Shown piece after piece: positions 63,795 to 64,000 of a stretch of 64,000 nt of DNA (within the stretch, counting starts at the first letter, position 1; each line of letters starts with the position of its first letter). The notes under the pieces are model-generated. The model saw nothing but the letters and a program-made list of their open reading frames with translations, made no database searches and was not told the origin of the DNA. Both the position numbers and the translations under genes were made by a program. This DNA comes from Priapulus caudatus (lineage: Eukaryota): contig NW_014577081.1 in assembly GCF_000485595.1 (NCBI RefSeq), forward strand, positions 550,732-614,731, in the 5' to 3' direction.

Positions 63795-64000
63795 AGTGAT
63801 TACGTCACCGTAAATACACACACAAAAAATATAAGTAATTCTGTTCACTTTTTATGGTTAAATTGCTGCATTATACTTCTTATTTTACTATATTGTTTGA
63901 TGTGAACATACACTCGTGACGCATACATAGCCCATAGCAAGCAATTAATGTCAGAAACACTAATATCAAATCGTCCAGGTTTTTTGGATTTTTAACTAGT
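63795..64000. mobile_element. Kolobok-like MITE, truncated by the window edge
   Basis: TTAA|AGTGATTACGTCACCG...; reverse complement of part of 36758-37116. Confidence 0.8.

Overview
Intron-rich, AT-rich eukaryotic DNA, probably from an invertebrate metazoan, with three N gaps (6905-6914, 22257-22279, 38943-38967). Six housekeeping genes can be reconstructed from GT-AG exons. (1) A non-muscle myosin regulatory light chain (+) whose exons are duplicated and out of order. (2) Transcription elongation factor TFIIS (-, complete). (3) A PRMT6-like arginine methyltransferase (+, complete), head-to-head with TFIIS. (4) A C2orf69/UPF0565 homolog (+) with an in-frame TAG. (5) Splicing factor PRP18 (+, complete). 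(6) An ARIP4/RAD54L2 SNF2 helicase (+) that runs off the window. An orphan trachealess/NPAS-type bHLH-PAS exon sits inside a PRMT intron next to a gap. Introns are filled with MITEs (hAT-, Kolobok- and Tc1-like), foldback elements, Helentron-type non-autonomous elements, non-LTR retrotransposon fragments, microsatellites and a 3.8-kb 44-bp minisatellite. I find no convincing novel system. The best leads are the C2orf69 internal stop, the orphan PAS exon, a Val-to-Pro change in the conserved PRP18 loop, repeats that duplicate splice donors, and CTCF-like motifs at promoters. Several oddities may be assembly artefacts.
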